Assembly (NCBI GenBank): GCA_039815525.1
Contig: JBCBZF010000001.1
Span: 1-50,284, forward strand
Reading direction: 5' to 3'
DNA: 50,284 nt
Source: Bacteroidota bacterium
GTDB taxonomy: Bacteria; Bacteroidota; Bacteroidia; J057
Below are positions 45,415 to 50,284 of the stretch, piece after piece. The position numbers and the translations under genes were made by a program. The stretch's first letter is position 1, and every line of letters starts with the position of its first letter. The notes under the pieces were generated by a model. That model worked only from the letters and a program-made list of their open reading frames with translations, was not told the DNA's origin and did not search any database.

Positions 45415-48327
45415 ATGAAGAGACTCCTTGGCACCCTACTGGCCATTTGTCTCCTGCTTCCCCTTGCCTCAGCCCAAGAAATGAGCCTGGAATGGTTGGA
45501 GACGGCCCTTAAGAATACTCCGGAAGGCATCAGCCGGGTAGATTTGCTGAATCATGTGGCTGAAAAAGTACGGATTGCCAAGCCTTCTCAGGCCCAGGAT
45601 CGGGCAGATGAAGCCAGAAAGCTTTCCCGCAAACTCAAATACGCTCCCGGAGAAGCACGTGCCAACTTTTTGTTGGGACTGATCAGTCTGGAAACCAATC
45701 GCGCCAAGAAAAGTGTGAAATACCTGGAAGATGCCCTGCCCTGGTATGAAGCCAATGCCAGTTCCCAGGATAAGCGCAGCCTGTATGAAAATCTAGCCAT
45801 GGCCAACCAACTGCTCGGAAAATCCAAAGATGAAACCACCTACCGCCAGAAGGCACTGGCACTTCGTCAGCAGGCCGAACTGGCCAATGCAGAAGAACGC
45901 ATTGATGCCCTACGCAGTGAGACCAATACGCAGCGCTCCGTCGTGGAAAGTGCGAGGAGAGAATTGGAGATTGCCGAGCAGGAGAAAGAAGAAATGGCCG
46001 AAGAACTGGAAGTACAGCGTACCCGTTTGCTGGAGGAAGAGTTGAAAATGGTCAAATTGCAGCATCAGAATGATTCGCTGGATCTTCTGAAAGCGGAATT
46101 GCAACAGGAAAATCTACGACAAGAGCAGGATCTACTGAAAGGCCGGCTTCTGCGCAACTGGCTCATCGCTGGTGGGGCGCTATTGCTGCTGCTTGGATTA
46201 GGAGGCTGGCAGCGTTATCGCTTTATCCAGGAAAAAAAACAGACCCGTTTTGAACAGCAGAAGGCCCAACGCCTGCAGCAAGTCGACCAATTGAAAGATC
46301 AGTTCCTCGCCAATACCTCGCATGAATTGCGTACGCCGCTTAATGGGATCATTGGTCTGGCCGAAGCGCTCTACGACCGAACCGGGAATGAATCTCCGGA
46401 AAGCCAGCGTGAAAATCTGTCAATGATCATTTCTTCAGGTAAGCGTCTCAGCAATCTGGTCAACGATCTATTGGATTTCTCCAAGATTCGCAGCAATACC
46501 CTCGATTTGGTCCAAAAACCGGTCGATCTCCAATCTCTGGTGGAGGTGGTGGTCCGGATCAACCGGACGATGGCGTCCCAAAAAGACCTGGTGATCGAAA
46601 ATGAAGTGTCTTCCGACCTGGTTGCAGTGATGGCTGACGAGGATCGGCTCATGCAAATCCTGCACAATCTGGTCGGCAATGCCGTGAAATTTACACCTGA
46701 GGGCAGTGTGACCATTCGTGCTGTGCAGCAGGAAGATTGGGTAGAAGTATCCGTAACGGATACGGGCATAGGTGTCCCGCCCACCAAACAAGCGGCCATT
46801 TTTGAAGCCTTTGTGCAGGCAGATGGTTCTACCCAGCGTGAATTTGTTGGGACCGGTCTGGGGCTATCGATCAGCAAACGTCTGGCCGAACTCCACGGGG
46901 GGCGCATGTGGCTGGAATCGGAACCAGGTTTGGGTTCAGTCTTTTACTTCACCCTCCCGACCACGAGCGAAGCCATCATGCAGGATATTGAACCCCAGGT
47001 TTCCCGTCCGATTATCCATGCTGAACCTCAGCCATTGCTGGCTCAGCGGGTGTCGGTGGTGCCAGAGAATCAAGGCAAAACCGATGCCTTCCGTATCCTG
47101 ATCGTGGATGACGAACCAATCAATCAACAGGTGCTCAAACAGCATTTGGACGACACCAATTACGAAATTTATTACGCCAGCCATGGTGGGGAAGCGCTGA
47201 CGGCGATTGATAGCAAGGTGTCGTTTGATTTGGTTTTGCTTGATATCATGATGCCGCAAATGTCTGGTTACGAAGTTTGTCAGCGCATCCGTGAGCAATA
47301 CTTGCCTTCTCAGTTGCCAGTGATCATGATCACGGCCAAGAATCAGGTCGAAGACCTGGTGGCGGGACTGGCACATGGTGCCAACGATTACATCTCCAAG
47401 CCTTTTTCCAAAGACGAACTCCTCGCCCGGATCAAGACCCATCTCAATATTCACAACATCAATGCGGCCTCGCAACGCTTTGTTCCCAGTGAGTTTTTGT
47501 CCACGCTTGGCTATGAGAGTATTACGGACGTTCGATTGGGCGATTTGACCGAAAAAGAGGTAACGGTTTTCTTCTCCGACATCAGAGGCTATACCAGTCT
47601 GGCCGAAACCATGACACCAGAGCAAAACTTTCGCTTTGTCAATGCCTACTCCCGGCGCATGGGGCCTATCATTCGCAAGCATGGTGGCTTCGTGAATCAA
47701 TATTTAGGAGATGGGATCATGGCGATTTTTATGCAGGGACCGGAAAAAGCCATTCAGGCGTCGGTGGATATGCAAAAAGAACTGGCCCGCTACAATGTGG
47801 AGCGCAAAGCCAATGGTCGCATGCCGATTCGGGTTGGGATGGGACTGCACACTGGCAAGCTGATCATGGGGATCATTGGTGATAGCTTGCGGACTGATGC
47901 GGCGACCATTTCCGATACGGTGAACACCGCGGCCCGGATGGAAGGGCTGACCAAGTTTTATGGCGCCAATTTGTTGGTAAGTGAGGCTACGCTGGCCAGC
48001 CTGGAAGATCCGACCCGTTTCAACTATCGCTATCTCGGTCAGGTGCAGTTGAAAGGGAAAAAAGTAGCGATTGGGGTATATGAATTCTTTGACGCAGATG
48101 ATGAAGTGCGTCAGACCCTTAAGTGGGGTGTCCAGCAGGATTTTGAGCGAGCCCTACGTCATTATTACGCCCGTGAGTTTGGTGCGGCCATTGATGCCTT
48201 CGAAAAGGTCATCAGTATCTTTCCTGATGATCAGGCTGCGACCCGTTATCTGGCCCATGCCAGAGAGCTGCAAGTCAATCCGCCCGGTGAAGATTGGAGT
48301 GGGGTCGAAACCATGGAAGTGAAATGA
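45415..48327 (+). CDS. Hybrid sensor: signal peptide-TPR/coiled-coil-TM-HisKA-HATPase-REC-class III adenylate/guanylate cyclase-TPR-like tail
   Basis: 970 aa. Signal MKRLLGTLLAICLLLPLASA; coiled-coil ~150-245; TM WLIAGGALLLLLGLGGW; H-box FLANTSHELRTPLN; G-boxes DTGIGV and GTGLGLSISKRLAELHGG; REC ILIVDDE...LVLLDIMMP...SKPF; cyclase VTVFFSDIRGYTSLAE...YLGDGIMAIF...GDSLRTDAATISDTVNTAARMEG. Confidence 0.92.
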   Translation: MKRLLGTLLAICLLLPLASAQEMSLEWLETALKNTPEGISRVDLLNHVAEKVRIAKPSQAQDRADEARKLSRKLKYAPGEARANFLLGLISLETNRAKKSVKYLEDALPWYEANASSQDKRSLYENLAMANQLLGKSKDETTYRQKALALRQQAELANAEERIDALRSETNTQRSVVESARRELEIAEQEKEEMAEELEVQRTRLLEEELKMVKLQHQNDSLDLLKAELQQENLRQEQDLLKGRLLRNWLIAGGALLLLLGLGGWQRYRFIQEKKQTRFEQQKAQRLQQVDQLKDQFLANTSHELRTPLNGIIGLAEALYDRTGNESPESQRENLSMIISSGKRLSNLVNDLLDFSKIRSNTLDLVQKPVDLQSLVEVVVRINRTMASQKDLVIENEVSSDLVAVMADEDRLMQILHNLVGNAVKFTPEGSVTIRAVQQEDWVEVSVTDTGIGVPPTKQAAIFEAFVQADGSTQREFVGTGLGLSISKRLAELHGGRMWLESEPGLGSVFYFTLPTTSEAIMQDIEPQVSRPIIHAEPQPLLAQRVSVVPENQGKTDAFRILIVDDEPINQQVLKQHLDDTNYEIYYASHGGEALTAIDSKVSFDLVLLDIMMPQMSGYEVCQRIREQYLPSQLPVIMITAKNQVEDLVAGLAHGANDYISKPFSKDELLARIKTHLNIHNINAASQRFVPSEFLSTLGYESITDVRLGDLTEKEVTVFFSDIRGYTSLAETMTPEQNFRFVNAYSRRMGPIIRKHGGFVNQYLGDGIMAIFMQGPEKAIQASVDMQKELARYNVERKANGRMPIRVGMGLHTGKLIMGIIGDSLRTDAATISDTVNTAARMEGLTKFYGANLLVSEATLASLEDPTRFNYRYLGQVQLKGKKVAIGVYEFFDADDEVRQTLKWGVQQDFERALRHYYAREFGAAIDAFEKVISIFPDDQAATRYLAHARELQVNPPGEDWSGVETMEVK

Positions 48328-50090
48328 GAACGCTTGTCCTGTTCATTTGTCTGTTGACTTCACACAGCGCCTGGAGTCAATACGAACAAAAAGTCGGCCT
48401 TACCCAGCGACCTGAATCAGATATTTTTGCGGCCCTGAATCCCATTGATACGGCCAATCTGGTGGTATCTGCGGTTCGGTACAATCCACTCAATCCAGGT
48501 GAAACCCCAATTCTTCCTGTATATGTTTCGCAGGATGGGGGGCAAAATTGGATTGAGACGCCTTTTCGGGGAGACATTCCTGGTGGACAAATCTCAGACA
48601 AGGCAACGCCTTCCCTGGCATTTGATCATGAAGGGAAACTACATCTTACGTGGACAGTCATGAAAAACGGCGGACTGACCTTTCAGGGCTCCATTGGGAT
48701 TTTTTATGCCTTTTCAGACAATGGTGGCCTCAACTGGCAGGTAAATAATCAGCCCATCGCCAATGGCATGCTGCAATTCGTCGGGAATGGATTCTCAGCG
48801 GTAGATCGCTACGTTGATCGGGCCGTACTGGCTGCGGACCAAACAGCTGGCAGTTTTCGGGGACACGTCTATTGCCTGTATCAAAATCGGGAAGTGCTAC
48901 CCTTTAACCAGCGTAGCATCCAATGTCTTCGCAAAAGCCGTAGTCAGAATGATTTTAGTGGACCATCTGTACAGGTGAATACGCACAACTATGCAGATAT
49001 CCGCTATCCTGCAGCGACAGTTGATGGCGAAGGACGGTTGCACGTGATTTTCTGGGCCAGCCCGCTGGGCAATGATTATGCACTTTACCATTGTCGATCT
49101 GAAGATGGAGGGGAAACGTTTTCTGCGGAAAAAATGATTTCTCCCGTTTCTTTTGCGCTGCCCAGTACCGCCAATGATTTTCATGTAAGCAATCTCAGTG
49201 GCGTCTTACGCTTTCATCCTTCGGCCCAGATCGCAGTGGACCAATCCGGCGGCCCGCACGATGGCAATGTATATGTCAGTTGGACGGGTCGGGGCCTGGA
49301 CAGCATGCTGAGTGATGCCTATGATATTTATCTGGCTCGTTCGACGGATCAAGGCGAAAGTTGGTCCATTCCACAGATTGCGAACCAGGACCAACAGCCC
49401 CTGGCGCAGCAATATTTTGCCGGCCTGGCGGTAAGTGGCAACGGAACCCTTGCGCTGAGCTGGTATGATCGCCGGGCTGATCCTGCCAATCGACTGACCC
49501 ACTACTATCTGACAGAGTCTGTAGATGGTGGACAAAGTTTTGTGCAGGAACGCAAATTGAGCAGCGAGGCAGCTGATTTTTTCTTCGCCAATGACCAAAA
49601 TCAAGGCTTTGGTGTCGGATCTCGTACACATCTGCTTGCAACGCCCAATAAAGCCATTGCCTTCTGGGCGGATGGTCGTGAAAACAACGGTCGCCTGCGG
49701 CTTTATACCAATCAAAGCGTCCTGCGTCCGGCGATTGCCACTGGCCTGATTGATCCAATGAACCGCCCCATCTTTCATCGTTTCGAGAAAATTCCACTGA
49801 CCGCCAACGGCGATCTCCGCCTTACCATCACCGTCAATGTCACGGGCTGCGATGCACACGTTGTCCCGAACCGTCAGTTTCTCGGCGATGATATGCTTGT
49901 CCCAAGTTGGGTTTTCATACCACTGAACGGTGCTCTTGTCGGCGAGCAGGATATCCAGCTCTCCATCGCCATTGATATCGGTCAGTTGAAGGCCGTAGCC
50001 GATGCTGATCTCGTCGATCTCCTTTTCGGACCAGCTAAACTCTATCGAGTCATCCGGATCGGCAGCTGGCAGTGCAGTCGCTGCAAGTAG
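48324..50090 (+). CDS. Secreted BNR/Asp-box repeat (sialidase-like fold) protein; 3' end doubtful
   Basis: The ATG at 48324 overlaps the cyclase stop (ATGA) and gives the signal peptide MRTLVLFICLLTSHSAWSQ. There are five Asp-boxes (SQDGGQNW, SDNGGLNW, SEDGGETF, STDQGESW, SVDGGQSF). Roughly the last 115-125 codons are antisense to a genuine FG-GAP gene and look non-native. Confidence 0.72.
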   Translation: MRTLVLFICLLTSHSAWSQYEQKVGLTQRPESDIFAALNPIDTANLVVSAVRYNPLNPGETPILPVYVSQDGGQNWIETPFRGDIPGGQISDKATPSLAFDHEGKLHLTWTVMKNGGLTFQGSIGIFYAFSDNGGLNWQVNNQPIANGMLQFVGNGFSAVDRYVDRAVLAADQTAGSFRGHVYCLYQNREVLPFNQRSIQCLRKSRSQNDFSGPSVQVNTHNYADIRYPAATVDGEGRLHVIFWASPLGNDYALYHCRSEDGGETFSAEKMISPVSFALPSTANDFHVSNLSGVLRFHPSAQIAVDQSGGPHDGNVYVSWTGRGLDSMLSDAYDIYLARSTDQGESWSIPQIANQDQQPLAQQYFAGLAVSGNGTLALSWYDRRADPANRLTHYYLTESVDGGQSFVQERKLSSEAADFFFANDQNQGFGVGSRTHLLATPNKAIAFWADGRENNGRLRLYTNQSVLRPAIATGLIDPMNRPIFHRFEKIPLTANGDLRLTITVNVTGCDAHVVPNRQFLGDDMLVPSWVFIPLNGALVGEQDIQLSIAIDIGQLKAVADADLVDLLFGPAKLYRVIRIGSWQCSRCK

Positions 50091-50114
50091 GCATGAAAAA
50101 AGGATCGGTTTCAT
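49206..50114 (-). CDS. Secreted FG-GAP/VCBS repeat protein; only the first ~125-130 codons look native
   Basis: Signal MKPILFSCLLAATALPAADP. FG-GAP Ca-binding loops TDINGDGELDILLAD and RDIDGDGKAEIAVGG, plus WYENPTW. Beyond about residue 130 the ORF is antisense to Asp-box-containing BNR sequence and is R/I/C-rich. Confidence 0.55.
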   Translation of the reverse strand: MKPILFSCLLAATALPAADPDDSIEFSWSEKEIDEISIGYGLQLTDINGDGELDILLADKSTVQWYENPTWDKHIIAEKLTVRDNVCIAARDIDGDGKAEIAVGGQWNFLETMKDGAVHWINQASGNRRTQDALIGIKPQATVVFTTIRPEGNGFIGRCKQMCTRSDTKALILVIGEEKISCLAAQFAFLHKTLSTIYRLCQIVVGQSIGRISPAIIPAQRKGSVATYRQAGKILLRQGLLVLVRNLWNGPTFALIRRTSQINIIGITQHAVQAPTRPTDIYIAIVRAAGLVHCDLGRRMKA

Positions 50115-50156
50115 GCCGGAAGGATGGCAGAAGTCGGGGAGCTGTATCCAGCGGTA

Positions 50157-50284
50157 TCAGTCCGCTTTTGCGCCGCGCCTCCAAAACACGAAAGGCAGCG
50201 ACACGAAATACATCGTAATACCGTAGACCGCAGAAGGGACTGTGATGGGTGGAAGACTTTCGTCCGGGGAGGCTGCAATCATCG
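50157..50284 (-). CDS. 3' end of an unidentified (probably membrane) protein gene, 5' part outside the window
   Basis: Hand translation of the minus strand from the window edge gives ..MIAASPDESLPPITVPSAVYGITMYFVSLPFVFWRRGAKAD*, with the stop at 50157-50159. It is too short to be listed or assigned. Confidence 0.3.
   Translation of the reverse strand, partial: MIAASPDESLPPITVPSAVYGITMYFVSLPFVFWRRGAKAD

Noticed and set aside
46936-47700. 254-aa minus-strand ORF antisense to the REC/cyclase region
   Set aside because: The sense strand carries intact REC and class III cyclase motifs in one continuous frame. The antisense product has no recognisable features.
49276-49797. Third open frame (173 aa, minus strand) inside the BNR/FG-GAP overlap zone
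   Set aside because: I considered whether a frameshift would join it to the FG-GAP N-terminus and restore a native C-terminus. The translated sequence (..WQSPDAGRFDWYKAAGDRCFHDHPPRRQW..) has no further FG-GAP loops or other recognisable motif, so there is no support.
1-50284. Search for tRNA/rRNA genes, CRISPR arrays, IS elements, integrases, phage genes or long direct or inverted repeats bounding an island
   Set aside because: No intergenic region shows tRNA-like T-arm or acceptor features or repeat-spacer periodicity. No ORF resembles a transposase, integrase or recombinase. The only repeats found are the in-frame rplQ acidic repeat and short hairpins.

Overview
This is a Bacteroidota-type chromosomal segment. 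Supporting signs are T9SS C-terminal sorting domains, a LytTR/PF06580-type two-component pair, no adk between secY and map, a Cys-less L36 and a TAnnTTTG promoter element. Bases 1-17.6 kb carry the conserved ribosomal supercluster on the + strand: the 3' part of fusA, then rpsJ through rpsQ, rplN through rplO, secY, map, infA, rpmJ, rpsM, rpsK, rpsD, rpoA and rplQ. It ends in a clear intrinsic terminator. Two of these genes needed correction against the ORF track: infA uses a TTG start, and the 38-codon rpmJ is not listed. Bases 17.6-50.3 kb are an accessory region rich in exported proteins. It holds five T9SS-CTD cargo proteins (SBBP propeller, S8 peptidase+FN3, BNR/VPS10-like propeller, delta-60 repeat propeller, MAM+SprB-repeat protein). 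It also holds an M14 carboxypeptidase, a polysaccharide deacetylase with two tandem glyoxalase-like genes, a Y_Y_Y sensor kinase with a LytTR regulator, an MddA-like membrane methyltransferase, a Tat-signal pirin, a NupG-type permease, and a TPR/coiled-coil histidine kinase fused to a receiver and a class III cyclase. I found no rRNA, tRNA, CRISPR array, transposase or integrase. The best candidates for something undescribed are: (1) an overlapping three-gene cassette at 26.6-28.8 kb, made of a minimal DVPYG-type SAM methyltransferase plus two unknown proteins that share a paralogous domain; (2) an L17 (rplQ) about 2.5 times normal length, with an acidic E/V/A/P repeat and a C-terminal helix-hairpin-helix module; (3) a head-on collision of a BNR gene and an FG-GAP gene whose reading frames run about 885 nt through each other; (4) a perfect 28-bp palindrome plus T-tract in the leader of the Tat-pirin gene. 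All family assignments rest on motif recognition by eye. No database search was run.
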